Below are positions 9,442 to 19,342 of a DNA stretch of 64,000 bases, one piece after another (position 1 is the stretch's first letter; every line of letters starts with the position of its first letter). The DNA comes from Minisyncoccota bacterium (GTDB lineage: Archaea; Nanobdellota; Nanobdellia; Pacearchaeales; GW2011-AR1), in assembly GCA_035453125.1 (NCBI GenBank), contig DAOTCN010000002.1:289993-353992 (forward strand), in the 5' to 3' direction. The translations under genes were made by a program, and so were the position numbers. The notes beneath the pieces are model-generated. The model was not told the origin of the DNA. It ran no database searches and saw nothing but the letters and a program-made list of their open reading frames with translations.

Positions 9442-10830
9442 TTATTTTAAAAGTTTTAAAAGTTCTTCTTTAGTAATGTGATAGTCAGCGCGCTTGTTTG
9501 TTAGTTTCATAACTTCTCCGAGAAGAAAGTTAAGAGCATCTTGTTTACCTGATTTAAAGTCTTCAGATGCTTTAGGATTATTTTGAATTGTTTTTTCACA
9601 GAATTCCTTAATTTCAGTTTTATCAGTTATTCTTTCAGAAGATTTCAACTCTGATTTTGGAGAGAAGGATTTAGGTATAAATTTGTTCAGAATTTGTTTA
9701 GCTTTTAGTTCAGTAATTTTTTTGTCTTTTACATAACTTAAAAGTTCAATAAAGTGATCCGGATTAATACTTATTTTTGGATCATCTAAAGTTGTTTTGT
9801 TATAATTTAATATTCTTAAAAGTTCGATTGTAACCCAAGATAGTGCAAATTGAGGAGCTATTTTTTCAGATACTTTTTCAAAGAATTCAACAAGTTCTAA
9901 ATTGTTTGTAAGAACTTTTGCACTTTCGTTATCAATTTTATATTTTTTAATTATTTTATCTAATTTTTCTTGAGGTGTTTCTGGAAGTTCTTTTTGTATT
10001 TCTTTTACTTGTTTTTCAGATATTTTTATAACAGGTAAATCTGGATCAGAAATAAATCTGTAATCTGCCGCTCCTTCTTTTTCTCTCATCATTTCTGTTT
10101 TACCAGTTTCAGAGTTCCATCTTCTTGTTTCCTTTATCTTTACTTTTTCAGATTTATGACGTTTTAGTTCATATTCAATTGCATTTACAATATCAGTTAT
10201 TGAATGAACATTTTTTATTTCAACTCTTTCAGAAACTCCTTGAATATTTACATTAACATCTGCTTTTATTCCAGCTTCTTTGTTTAAAGCTTTGATATAT
10301 GAAAGGGTTAGAATTAATTGTTTGAGCCAGTTAGCAACTTCTTCACTTGAGCTGAAATCTGGTTCGGTAACAATTTCAATTAGTGAAGCTCCACATCTAT
10401 TATAGTCAATATAACCTGTTTTTGGATCCCATGCAGCAGGATCTTCTTCAAGATGCATTTCTCTTATTCTGATACCCAGAAAATTTCCTTTTTCAGCAAC
10501 CGGAACAGCGTAAGTTCCAGATAAAGTGTTTTGATAACCTTTTGGTAAATCTGGCCAACTGTAATGTTTTCTTTGCCAAATTAGTTTTTTATTATTTTCA
10601 ATCGTATTAACTTTACAATTTAACATTAAGGCTATTTGAATTGTTTTTTTTATTGCCCTTTTATTTGGAACTAGGGGTTTACAACCTGGTTGAGCAGTAC
10701 AAATTGGACATATATTTGTGTTGGGTGTTTTATCTTTAATATTCCCTAATTCTAATTTACACTTACAGAATAATTTTTCATTTGTATTAATGTATCCGTG
10801 AATTTCTAACCCAATCATTTCTTTTGTCAT
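9442..10830 (-). CDS. gatB: Asp/Glu-tRNA amidotransferase subunit B
   Basis: GLEIHGYINT..KLFCKC N-terminus, LEEDPAA motif, C-terminal YqeY-like tail ALNFLLGEVMKLTNKRAD. The length of 462 aa fits GatB rather than GatE. Confidence 0.85.
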   Translation of the reverse strand: MTKEMIGLEIHGYINTNEKLFCKCKLELGNIKDKTPNTNICPICTAQPGCKPLVPNKRAIKKTIQIALMLNCKVNTIENNKKLIWQRKHYSWPDLPKGYQNTLSGTYAVPVAEKGNFLGIRIREMHLEEDPAAWDPKTGYIDYNRCGASLIEIVTEPDFSSSEEVANWLKQLILTLSYIKALNKEAGIKADVNVNIQGVSERVEIKNVHSITDIVNAIEYELKRHKSEKVKIKETRRWNSETGKTEMMREKEGAADYRFISDPDLPVIKISEKQVKEIQKELPETPQEKLDKIIKKYKIDNESAKVLTNNLELVEFFEKVSEKIAPQFALSWVTIELLRILNYNKTTLDDPKISINPDHFIELLSYVKDKKITELKAKQILNKFIPKSFSPKSELKSSERITDKTEIKEFCEKTIQNNPKASEDFKSGKQDALNFLLGEVMKLTNKRADYHITKEELLKLLK

Positions 10831-11065
10831 TTTATTTATATAACTGTTCCATTTTTAATGTTTTTGTTTTAATTCTAAAAAATTTTATGATTTACTACAT
10901 TAAATGCTTTTTGATTTTTAAATAATTCATTCATTTTATTAAAATTTTAATTATTTTTCTTTAGTCTTAAATAACATAAAGTATTTAAACAAGTCTTTCT
11001 TTGTTTATTAACTCGATTTTTGATTAAAAAATTAAAAAGAGACCAAAAAAGGTAATACTTAGTTT

Positions 11066-11506
11066 ATGGATAGAATTATTAAGGAAAAAATTAGTGCAGA
11101 TCATCTGCTTTATGTAAGCTTAAAGTACACAAAAACTTCTGAGGTAATTATTAATTTAATTATTAGATGGACGACAATGATTAGTTATAGTTTAGATAGA
11201 CTTTTGTTGCATGCTAAGAAAAAAAAGTTGATTAAAGTGATACCTACTTCTCCAAAACAAAAAATTGATCTTATTAAAGAGACATTTAAAAAAGAACAGA
11301 TAGTAATTAAAACCGTTGAAATTTATGAAATGTTCAGAAGGATTGAGGAACTTCAAAAAGAATCAGAAGGTGAATTTAGGAAAAATGTTGCTTTAAGAGT
11401 CAATTATAGGGGAGAGTTTGTTAGAATAAACTTAGATAAATTGAAAGAATATTCTATTTTGTTAGAAAAGTTTATAAATTACCTTAAACAATTTTTATCA
11501 TCTTAA
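11066..11506 (+). CDS. Hypothetical protein
   Basis: ORF only. Confidence 0.4.
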   Translation: MDRIIKEKISADHLLYVSLKYTKTSEVIINLIIRWTTMISYSLDRLLLHAKKKKLIKVIPTSPKQKIDLIKETFKKEQIVIKTVEIYEMFRRIEELQKESEGEFRKNVALRVNYRGEFVRINLDKLKEYSILLEKFINYLKQFLSS

Positions 11507-11621
11507 TTATCAAAAATAAACTGGTTTTTAATCATCAAAAAATGAATTTAATAAAATCTTTTAGAATTATACTTTTTAAGATTTATTAAATTAATTGTAG
11601 GTTTATTTAAATTTGAACAAA

Positions 11622-12386
11622 ATGTCAAAATTTATTGTTATAACATCTGGAAAAGGAGGAGTTGGTAAGACAACTACTGCTGTTAATTTGGCTACAGCAA
11701 TGAATTCTTTAGATGAAGATGTAGCATTGGTAGACATTAACTTATCAACTCCAAATATTGGTTTGCATCTTGGAGCACCAGTTGTTCCAGTTACATTAAA
11801 CCATGTTCTGACTGGAAAGGCTGAATTAGTTGATGCAATTTATGAACATGATTCAGGAACTAAAGTAATTCCCTCATCACTTTCAATTAAAGAGCTTATA
11901 AGTATTAATAGAACTGAATTGATTCCTGTTATGAAAGAATTAAGGAATGTAGCTGACACAGTAATTTTTGATTCTGCTGCAGGATTAGGAGATGAAGCAA
12001 TAGCAGCTATTTCTATTGCTGATGAAGTTGTTTTAGTTACAAATCCAGAAATGCCTGCAGTTACAGATGCCCTTAAAACAGCTAAACTTGCCGAAAGTTT
12101 AGGAAAAAAGGTTAAAGGAGTTATCATAACTCGATATAAGGGAAACAAGAGTGAAATGCCTTTGTCTAATATTAAAGAAATGCTTGAATTACCTATTTTA
12201 GGTATTGTTCCAGAAGATCCAAAGATTCAAGAAGCACTCTCGATGAGAAATTCAGCTACTTTATTGTATCCGAGAAGTAGAGCTGCAAGAAGTTATATGG
12301 CTATTGCAGGAAGAATGCTTGGAAAAGAAAATGAAGTAAATAAAAGTGCTTTAAATAGATTCTTTTCTAGTATTTTTGGAAAGTAA
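11622..12386 (+). CDS. minD: MinD/ParA-family P-loop ATPase (archaeal MinD-like)
   Basis: Deviant Walker A SGKGGVGKTT and Walker B-like VIFDSAAG. ATG 11622 is preferred over TTG 11613. Confidence 0.85.
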   Translation: MSKFIVITSGKGGVGKTTTAVNLATAMNSLDEDVALVDINLSTPNIGLHLGAPVVPVTLNHVLTGKAELVDAIYEHDSGTKVIPSSLSIKELISINRTELIPVMKELRNVADTVIFDSAAGLGDEAIAAISIADEVVLVTNPEMPAVTDALKTAKLAESLGKKVKGVIITRYKGNKSEMPLSNIKEMLELPILGIVPEDPKIQEALSMRNSATLLYPRSRAARSYMAIAGRMLGKENEVNKSALNRFFSSIFGK

Positions 12387-12437
12387 ATTTATTTTTTATG
12401 ATAATTACCTTAGTTAATAATTTGTTTTATAGAAAAA

Positions 12438-12887
12438 TTATTTCTTTTTATTACTAATCCATAAAAAACATCCAATTATTCCAATAATTAAAAATATTCC
12501 CCCAATCAAATTTCCAGATGATTGACTCATTCTTATCGCATTACCTGTTATGTTTGAAGATAAAAGAAATAATCCACCACCTAACCCGACAATAGCCATT
12601 GCTTTTTCAATATCACTTTCTAGTCTACTTTCTTTTAATTTCTTTCTTACATTATTAGCAAGTTCTCTATAATGTTTAATCTGATCTCTTTCAGAAGGAT
12701 GTTTATTTAGTATTTCAGCTATTTCATCATATACCTTTGCTGAATCTTCATAATTTCCTTGATCATATAAATCACGAGCTAAATCTTCACGATAACTTAT
12801 GCCTTCTAGTTTACCTTTTGTCCTTTCAATGTATTTTTGTCTCTTTTTCCACTTTGTTTCTCTACTTTCCCAGGACCAGTCTACCAT
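12438..12887 (-). CDS. Hypothetical C-terminally membrane-anchored protein
   Basis: Helical N-terminal part and two C-terminal hydrophobic segments (AMAIVGLGGGLFLL, LIGGIFLIIGIIGCFLWI). Confidence 0.45.
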   Translation of the reverse strand: MVDWSWESRETKWKKRQKYIERTKGKLEGISYREDLARDLYDQGNYEDSAKVYDEIAEILNKHPSERDQIKHYRELANNVRKKLKESRLESDIEKAMAIVGLGGGLFLLSSNITGNAIRMSQSSGNLIGGIFLIIGIIGCFLWISNKKK

Positions 12888-12943
12888 GTATTATTAAAGA
12901 ATAATCTATTTTTAAACCTATCTTATTTTTTATTTTAGAATAG

Positions 12944-14857
12944 TTAACTAACTCTACTTCCTAGCTCGATGTCTTTTTCAGGGCTTATTAAAATTACTTT
13001 ATTGTGATTATCATTAACTGCTGCTAACAACATCCCCTTACTTTCAATTCCTCTCATCATTCTTGGAGCAAGGTTTACAAATAAGATTATGTGTTTGTTT
13101 TTTAGTTCATCTTTTTTATAATATTCTTTGAGTCCTGCGCAAATTGTTCTTTTTTCAAGTTGATTTCCTAAATCAACTTCTAATTTATATAATTTATTAG
13201 CTCCTTCTATATCTTCAACATTAATTATTTTTCCAACTCTTAAGTCTATTTTTTCCCAGTCACCAAATGTTACTTCATTCATGTTTATTACTCCTTCAAT
13301 TTGTTTGTATTTTTCTTTATTTAAATTATTCTCTTTTGGTTTAATATTATGTAGGGTGGATGATCTTTCTTTTTCTATTTCAATTTTCTTAAATAATATT
13401 TCTGCTTTTTTTATTTTTGAAACTTTTATAGGTTTTTTTAGATCTTTGAAGGATATATTAAAATTGAAAGTTTTTGCTATTTTTTCAGATGTTTGTGGAA
13501 TAAATGGCCATAGCAATATTGCAGCTGTTTTTATTGAATCAGATAGCTCATAAAGAATTTTTTGAGATTGTTTTATTTCTTTTTCGGATTTTGCTTCCCA
13601 AGGTTTTGTTTTTTGAATATATTCATTACAAACATCGACAAATGTAAATATTTCTGCTAAAGCACGATCAATTTCATAATTTTCAAAATGTTTTTCAATT
13701 TTTTTTAGATTTAATTTTTTAATTAATCTGTTTGGTGTTTTTACAATTCCTTTGTTTTCTGCTAGTGTTGAGACTCTGCTTATAAGATTTCCAAGTTTAT
13801 TTGCTAGTTCATTATTATGACGTTCAATTAAGCTTAATTCAGAAACATCACCATCTTGTCCGAAGGGTATATTTCTCATTAAGTAATATCTTACACTATC
13901 TGATCCATATTTTTCAGTTAAATAAATTGGAGAAATTACATTTCCTAAACTCTTACTCATTTTTTGACCGTTTATTGTGAAGTATCCATGAACAAAAAGT
14001 GTTTTTGGAAGTTTGTATTCTGCTCCTAAAAGTAGTGCAGGCCAGATTGTTGCATGAACTCTTATAATATCTTTAGCCATTAATTGTAAGTCTGCTGGCC
14101 AAAATTTATTAAAATTTGATTTTTTATCTTTTTTTAAACCACTTATATAATTCCAAAATGCATCTGGCCAAACCCAAATTGTATGATTCTTGTCAAATGG
14201 AAGATCAATTCCCCATGAGATTTTTGTTTTTAGTCTGGAGATCGAGACATCTTGTAATCCATTTTCAATAAATGTTAAAACTTCTTTTCTTCTTACTTCT
14301 GGAAGAATAAGATATTCTCCGCTTTTAATTAAATTATAAAGTTTATCTTGAAATGAAGAAAGTTTGAATAAATAAGCTTCTTCTTTTTTTATTTCAGGAA
14401 TTGTATTATGCAAGGGGCATTTCCCATCAACTAAATCAGATAATGTTAAATATTGTTCACAACCGACACAATAGTACGATTCATAATTTCCTTTATAGAT
14501 TAACTTTTTTTTGTATAATAAACTTAATAGATCTTTGACCTCTTTTTCATGATAACTATCTGTAGTTCTTATGAAATTATCATTTGAGATGTCTAAAAGT
14601 TTGAATGCTTGTTTGAATTCTGATGCAATTTTATCCACAAATTCTTTTGGTTTTTTGTTATTTTTTTCTGCTGTTTCTTGTATTTTTTGACCGTGTTCAT
14701 CTGTTCCAGTAAGAAAAAATACTTCTTTGCCAAGTATTTTATGCCACCTTGCTAATACATCTGCAGCTATTGTAGTGTAAGCTCCACCAATATGTGGAGA
14801 GCCATTTGCATAATATATAGGTGTTGTTACATAAAACTTTGATTTTTGTTTTGCCAT
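12944..14857 (-). CDS. metG: Methionyl-tRNA synthetase with a C-terminal Trbp111/EMAP-like tRNA-binding domain
   Basis: HIGG (HIGH) and KMSKSLGN motifs, Cys knuckles CVGCEQY/CPLH, C-terminal OB-like GVINMNEVTFGDWEKIDLRVGKI. Confidence 0.92.
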   Translation of the reverse strand: MAKQKSKFYVTTPIYYANGSPHIGGAYTTIAADVLARWHKILGKEVFFLTGTDEHGQKIQETAEKNNKKPKEFVDKIASEFKQAFKLLDISNDNFIRTTDSYHEKEVKDLLSLLYKKKLIYKGNYESYYCVGCEQYLTLSDLVDGKCPLHNTIPEIKKEEAYLFKLSSFQDKLYNLIKSGEYLILPEVRRKEVLTFIENGLQDVSISRLKTKISWGIDLPFDKNHTIWVWPDAFWNYISGLKKDKKSNFNKFWPADLQLMAKDIIRVHATIWPALLLGAEYKLPKTLFVHGYFTINGQKMSKSLGNVISPIYLTEKYGSDSVRYYLMRNIPFGQDGDVSELSLIERHNNELANKLGNLISRVSTLAENKGIVKTPNRLIKKLNLKKIEKHFENYEIDRALAEIFTFVDVCNEYIQKTKPWEAKSEKEIKQSQKILYELSDSIKTAAILLWPFIPQTSEKIAKTFNFNISFKDLKKPIKVSKIKKAEILFKKIEIEKERSSTLHNIKPKENNLNKEKYKQIEGVINMNEVTFGDWEKIDLRVGKIINVEDIEGANKLYKLEVDLGNQLEKRTICAGLKEYYKKDELKNKHIILFVNLAPRMMRGIESKGMLLAAVNDNHNKVILISPEKDIELGSRVS

Positions 14858-14943
14858 ATTTGTAAGACTTTTAAATTGTTAATAAATTTAACTAATTATT
14901 AATTTTTCATAAGATTTTTAAATAGTTTTCACATTGAAATTTT

Positions 14944-15663
14944 ATGTTTGGAACTAAATGTCTAAGATGTGGTAAGAGAGTTGGGAAGAAGTATGAGTTT
15001 TGTCCACATTGCGGTTTAAACATGAAATCTATGTCTAAAAATAGTGAAGACTATGGCTTTTTGGGAAAAAATGATTCTGATGATTTAAATTTTGAAAGTC
15101 AAATGCCTTTTATGTTTAAGATGTTAAAACCACTTATGAATGAATTGAATAAACAAATGTCTGCAATGGACAGTGAAATGAGAAAAGAATTAGAAGGTGT
15201 TAAAAAAATTGAAAGTAAAACTGAAAATAAAAGAATGCCTTCAACTAGTTTTAGTATTTTTGTTAGTGCACCTGGACAGAAACCAATTAGAGTAAATAGA
15301 GTTATAACAAGTGATGGAAGAATTATTGAACAAAACATGTCTAATAAACCCAAGGAAATTAAAACTGAAATTTTAGGTTTACCTAAAGTAAATAGTTCTG
15401 TTCTTCAAAAAGCTAAAAAATTAATTAAGGTAGAGCCTGAAACACTTGTTAGAAGACTTTCAGATAAAATTGTGTATGAACTTAAAGTTCCAGGAGTAAA
15501 GTCAGTTAAAAATTTGAATATTTCAAAAATTGAAAATGGATATGAAATTAAGGCTTTTTCAGATAAAGAGGTTTTTACAAAAAATCTTACATTAGGAATG
15601 CCTTTAGTAGAACATTATATTGAAGATGATAGTTTATTCTTAGAGTTTGGATTGGAGAAATAA
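14944..15663 (+). CDS. Zinc-ribbon protein with a possible Hsp20/alpha-crystallin-like C-terminal domain
   Basis: CLRCGK..CPHCG at the N-terminus. The C-terminal beta-rich segment YELKVPGVKSVKNLNISKIENGYEIKA is only weakly suggestive. Confidence 0.4.
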   Translation: MFGTKCLRCGKRVGKKYEFCPHCGLNMKSMSKNSEDYGFLGKNDSDDLNFESQMPFMFKMLKPLMNELNKQMSAMDSEMRKELEGVKKIESKTENKRMPSTSFSIFVSAPGQKPIRVNRVITSDGRIIEQNMSNKPKEIKTEILGLPKVNSSVLQKAKKLIKVEPETLVRRLSDKIVYELKVPGVKSVKNLNISKIENGYEIKAFSDKEVFTKNLTLGMPLVEHYIEDDSLFLEFGLEK

Positions 15664-15779
15664 ACTATTAATTAATAATAAAAAATTTACACACTTTAGA
15701 ATAAAGTATACTTTTTCTTATTTTATTTATAAATTTAATTTAATCTTTATATTAAATCGATTATTTAAACTAATTTTTA

Positions 15780-15899
15780 TGAGCCTGCCAGGATTTGAAC
15801 TTGGGACCCCCGGCTTTCTTAGATGAACTAAAAAAGCACTAGTTCTTATGAAATAGAGTCATATAAGACCGGTGCTCTACCAGGCTGAGCTACAGGCTC
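15780..15899 (-). tRNA. tRNA-Ile: tRNA-Ile (anticodon UAU) with a ~47-nt intron at 37/38
   Basis: The reverse complement reads GAGCCTG-TA-GCTC-AGCCTGGTA-GAGC-A-CCGGT-CTTATA|intron|A-GCCGG-GGGTC-CCAAG-TTCAAAT-CCTGG-CAGGCTC-A. The T-stem has one A:C mismatch and the anticodon stem ends in T:G. Confidence 0.7.
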
Positions 15900-16104
15900 A
15901 TGTAGACTTTAGCTTTAGGCTGTATTTAAATTTTCCCGATTTAGAAAGTAATATTCAATGGGTTACTTTTTGATAGAATCTTGATTAATAACAAACTAAA
16001 TTAAGTTAGTAAACCGCAGTTATTTTTAAATTATGGTTGCTACTGATTTGTTACAAAAAATGGGCCGTTAAGTTTTTAAACCATTTGTGTTGATTATAAA
16101 TATC

Positions 16105-16281
16105 ATGAAGAATAAAACCGATCTTGAAGATGAAGAAGTTGGAAGTTGGAAAGGAAAAAAAGAAAATGAGGAAGACGAAGAAGACTGGAAAGATGACAAA
16201 GATGACCAAGATGAAGATGACTGGGAAGAAGATGATGCCGACTCTTTAGAATCTTCAGAATTTGATGAAGAAATTTGGTAA
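16105..16281 (+). CDS. Hyper-acidic small protein (58 aa, D/E/W-rich)
   Basis: MKNKTDLEDEEVGSWKGKKENEEDEEDWKDDKDDQDEDDWEEDDADSLESSEFDEEIW. ATG 16105 is preferred over GTG 16087. Confidence 0.4.
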   Translation: MKNKTDLEDEEVGSWKGKKENEEDEEDWKDDKDDQDEDDWEEDDADSLESSEFDEEIW

Positions 16282-16307
16282 AAAAGAAGTTTTGTAATTG
16301 TATTTTA

Positions 16308-17243
16308 TTACTTATTCAAAGATAGCACTGCTTTGTTGTTTTCTTTATTTATTTCTTGTTGAACATTTTCTTGATCTATTATAAAGCTTATTTTTTTGAT
16401 TGATAATGGAATTTTCAAGTTATTTACTCTAATTGTTTTTCCAGAACCAATTTTTAAAGAACCTATTTCATAATTAGATACTAGTTTATTATCCGCATAT
16501 ATTGAAAGATTAGTGTTATTTGAATCAGAAAATCCTTTATTAAAAATTTTCATTTCAAAGTCTAAGTAAAAACCATGTTTTTCTGCAGTTATACTATCAA
16601 GGGTTAAGTCAGGTAGAGTAGGTATTTCATAAATTTGATTTATTTTATTTATTATTTCTTCATCTATTATTTGGTTACAATTATAATACGGGTACATTAT
16701 GGATTTCTCATTTTTTGAATGTTCAAATCCTAAAACATGAAGTATCTCATGAATTGCAACTATTGGTTTTTTACATTTGTTTTCTTCATATAATAACATT
16801 GTTCCATTAAATATAACATAATAATTTGTTAAATTAATTATTGTTAACGGTCCACCTTCACCAGAAATGAAATGATTACTGTCTGGTTGTTTTTTTTCAT
16901 TTGAACAAATTACTTCAATTTCTCCATTTTTTGAAATTTCAATAAACTTTATGTTTGTTTGTTTTTCGATTTCTTTGAATGCTTCTCTTGAATCATTTTT
17001 TTTGTTATCATTACAACCAGAATCTATTGAGTAACTTATTGATTTACTTGGAAATCTCATATTTTCATAAAACATAAGCCCGTTAGTATAGTCTTTAATT
17101 GTTAAGTTTACTTTTTCATTACTATTTTCTTCATTTAATCTAACAAATTTTTGAACTTCTGAAAAGTAAATAAAATAATTTATTACTAGAATTATTAAAC
17201 AAAAAATTAAACTAATTATTAATATTATTTTTATTTTTTTCAT
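16308..17243 (-). CDS. Membrane-anchored metzincin zinc protease (matrixin-like) with a C-terminal beta-sandwich (CARDB-like) domain
   Basis: HEILHVLGFEH (HExxHxxGxxH) followed by the Met-turn SIMYP. N-terminal TM segment. Confidence 0.75.
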   Translation of the reverse strand: MKKIKIILIISLIFCLIILVINYFIYFSEVQKFVRLNEENSNEKVNLTIKDYTNGLMFYENMRFPSKSISYSIDSGCNDNKKNDSREAFKEIEKQTNIKFIEISKNGEIEVICSNEKKQPDSNHFISGEGGPLTIINLTNYYVIFNGTMLLYEENKCKKPIVAIHEILHVLGFEHSKNEKSIMYPYYNCNQIIDEEIINKINQIYEIPTLPDLTLDSITAEKHGFYLDFEMKIFNKGFSDSNNTNLSIYADNKLVSNYEIGSLKIGSGKTIRVNNLKIPLSIKKISFIIDQENVQQEINKENNKAVLSLNK

Positions 17244-17276
17244 ATTAATAGGTAATACTTGGTTTTTTAAATTTGC

Positions 17277-17864
17277 CTATTTTAATGAATCTTTTAAGTA
17301 GTCAAAACCTGCTATAATTCCAATTATTCCAGTGGCAATAGCTAGTAACCATGCGAATGTTCTAAAAAGAATTATATTTGGTAGAGCGACAGTTAAGATT
17401 ATTGCTCCAACTGCAAATGATTGGATAAATGTTACAACTTTACCTATAAATTTGACTTTGTATGTGTCTGTTTTTTTTAATACTCTTATTATAACTCCTG
17501 GTGCACCAATAATTTCACGAGTTAGACATAATATTGAAAGATAGGCCATTTTTGGATTTTGATTGTATAATTTTATTACTAAAATGATTAACAGAGGTAT
17601 CATAAAAATTCGGTCGATGTATTGGTCTAATCTTGCACCTATTTTTGTTGTTTGTTTTAATTTTCTTGCAAGATAACCATCAAAAAAGTCAGTTAATGCA
17701 GCTAAGGTAAATATTAATAATATTATCAAATAATTTGAGGTGAATAATATAAGATATACTAAAATAAAACCAAGTATTAGTCTAGATATAGAAAGAGCGT
17801 TTGGAATATTAAATAATTTTTCTTTTTGATTATTTTTAGAGGTTTTTTTTGCTTTGTTTTTCAT
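17277..17864 (-). CDS. CDP-alcohol phosphatidyltransferase family protein (archaeal lipid head-group synthase)
   Basis: Signature DFFDGYLARKLKQTTKIGARLDQYIDR (DGxxARx8Gx3Dx3D) and multiple TM helices. Confidence 0.85.
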   Translation of the reverse strand: MKNKAKKTSKNNQKEKLFNIPNALSISRLILGFILVYLILFTSNYLIILLIFTLAALTDFFDGYLARKLKQTTKIGARLDQYIDRIFMIPLLIILVIKLYNQNPKMAYLSILCLTREIIGAPGVIIRVLKKTDTYKVKFIGKVVTFIQSFAVGAIILTVALPNIILFRTFAWLLAIATGIIGIIAGFDYLKDSLK

Positions 17865-17967
17865 ATTTTTATTATTAAATTATAATTTCTTTTGTATTTT
17901 TAAACATTACTAGATTTTAATAAAAGCAAGTTTTAAAAACTAATTAATTCTTGAAATATTAAATTTT

Positions 17968-18040
17968 GCCCGGATAGTGTAGTGGCCTAGCATTCCACCC
18001 TGTCACGGTGGCGACCCGAGTTCAAATCTCGGTCCGGGCG
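17968..18040 (+). tRNA. tRNA-Asp: tRNA-Asp (anticodon GUC), integration target
   Basis: GCCCGGA-TA-GTGT-AGTGGCCTA-GCAT-T-CCACC-CTGTCAC-GGTGG-CGAC-CCGAG-TTCAAAT-CTCGG-TCCGGGC-G is a complete cloverleaf with no intron. Confidence 0.92.
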
Positions 18041-18041
18041 T
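18021..18041 (+). repeat. attL core (3' end of tRNA-Asp)
   Basis: Identical to 34157-34177. Confidence 0.85.
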
Positions 18042-18088
18042 TCCAGAAAGAGCTAAAACCTTAAAAAGAACATTTAATAGTTTCTTTT

Positions 18089-19255
18089 ATGGAAAAAGTA
18101 TTAACACATAAGAGATATTCAGAGAACAGTCTTGTAAATGTAGGCAATTGGAAAGTCAGCAATAAAGAAAAGACTTCTGTAAAACAATATGTTCAAGATT
18201 ATGAAAATGGAAAGATAACTGGTAATATAGGAACAAATCCAAAAGCATTAATTGAAAGACTTCTTGGTTATCAAAAAATATTTTTAGAAAATATAAATAA
18301 AGATAATCCTACAAAGAAAGATATAGAATTATTTGTAGAATATGTTTTAAAGGATAAAATATGTTTTGAGCATTATAATCAAGAAACAAAAAAAAGAACA
18401 AAAAGACCTTATGCTTTAAAGAGTAAAAAAGCAATCTTTGATAATGCCTCAAAATATCTTAAATGGAAATTTCCAAATAAACTTGAACTTATTGAACCAT
18501 TAAAAATAAAAATTAAAACAAAGAAACCAGATCCAGAATCATTAACAGAACAAGAAATTGATAAGCTAAGAATTAATGCTGGAGATATAGAAAATAGAAC
18601 AACAATTTCAATTCTTTATGGTGCAGGCTGTAGAGCTGAAGAATTTTATAATATTCGATTTTCTGATGTGGAATTACCTAAGGGTAATGAAATGTTTGTT
18701 AAATTGAGATTAAGAAATGAGTTTTCAAAAACAGAGGGAAGAACAATCTCTCTTTATTATAAATATTGTCTTGAAGACTTGAGAGAATTAATTGAATTGA
18801 GAAAGAATGAAGGTTGTAAACCTGAAGAACCAATTTTTAAAAAGAGGTATAAAAGTCAAAGAGATTGGTTGATTAATCTTGGAAAGAAAACACTTAATAA
18901 ACGAATATATTTTCATATATTTAGAAGCAGTTGTGCTACAGTATTATCAAATAGACTTAACAGACAGCAACTTTGCATCTATTTTGGTTGGAAATTTAAT
19001 TCTCCTATGCCTGATGTTTATATTAAAAGGGATGGTGTGGATATGAAAGATGTTGATAATACTTTTAAGGCAACAGAATTTGAAGCATTAAAAAACCAAT
19101 TAGAAATTGAAAAACAAAAAAGAGCTTTAAAAGAAGAAGAATATACTGATAAGATGAAGAAGTTACAAGATTCAATTGGGCATATTACTTCTTTAATTGA
19201 TAACTATAAAGAACAATTACCTCAAAATCAAAAAGTGATTTCTGTAAAAAAGTAA
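18089..19255 (+). CDS. int: Tyrosine recombinase/integrase (gene remains intact in the integrated state)
   Basis: Catalytic-region contexts GCRAEEFYNIRFSDV (Arg), HIFRSSCATVL (HxxR) and PDVYIKRD (Tyr). It lies adjacent to the tRNA att site. Confidence 0.8.
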   Translation: MEKVLTHKRYSENSLVNVGNWKVSNKEKTSVKQYVQDYENGKITGNIGTNPKALIERLLGYQKIFLENINKDNPTKKDIELFVEYVLKDKICFEHYNQETKKRTKRPYALKSKKAIFDNASKYLKWKFPNKLELIEPLKIKIKTKKPDPESLTEQEIDKLRINAGDIENRTTISILYGAGCRAEEFYNIRFSDVELPKGNEMFVKLRLRNEFSKTEGRTISLYYKYCLEDLRELIELRKNEGCKPEEPIFKKRYKSQRDWLINLGKKTLNKRIYFHIFRSSCATVLSNRLNRQQLCIYFGWKFNSPMPDVYIKRDGVDMKDVDNTFKATEFEALKNQLEIEKQKRALKEEEYTDKMKKLQDSIGHITSLIDNYKEQLPQNQKVISVKK

Positions 19256-19342
19256 TATTAAAAATACAATTACTTGTTATTTTGTTTCTTAGGGTAATTG
19301 GACTGATTTAGACTAATCAGTTTAAACATCCATTCTATGTTT

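Noticed and set aside
11840-12148. Antisense ORF inside minD. The same class includes 410-595, 6621-6821, 13281-13553, 15099-15353, 17332-17544, 19978-20223, 22931-23215, 25361-25606, 28567-28761, 33562-33759, 41789-42016, 46083-46307, 51615-51827, 52093-52445, 55278-55523, 58009-58200, 59142-59345, 60077-60268 and 62655-62912.
   Set aside because: These are shadow ORFs lying fully within, and opposite to, genes with strong family motifs. Their translations are low-complexity (S/F/L/I-rich), as expected for antisense reading of AT-rich coding DNA.
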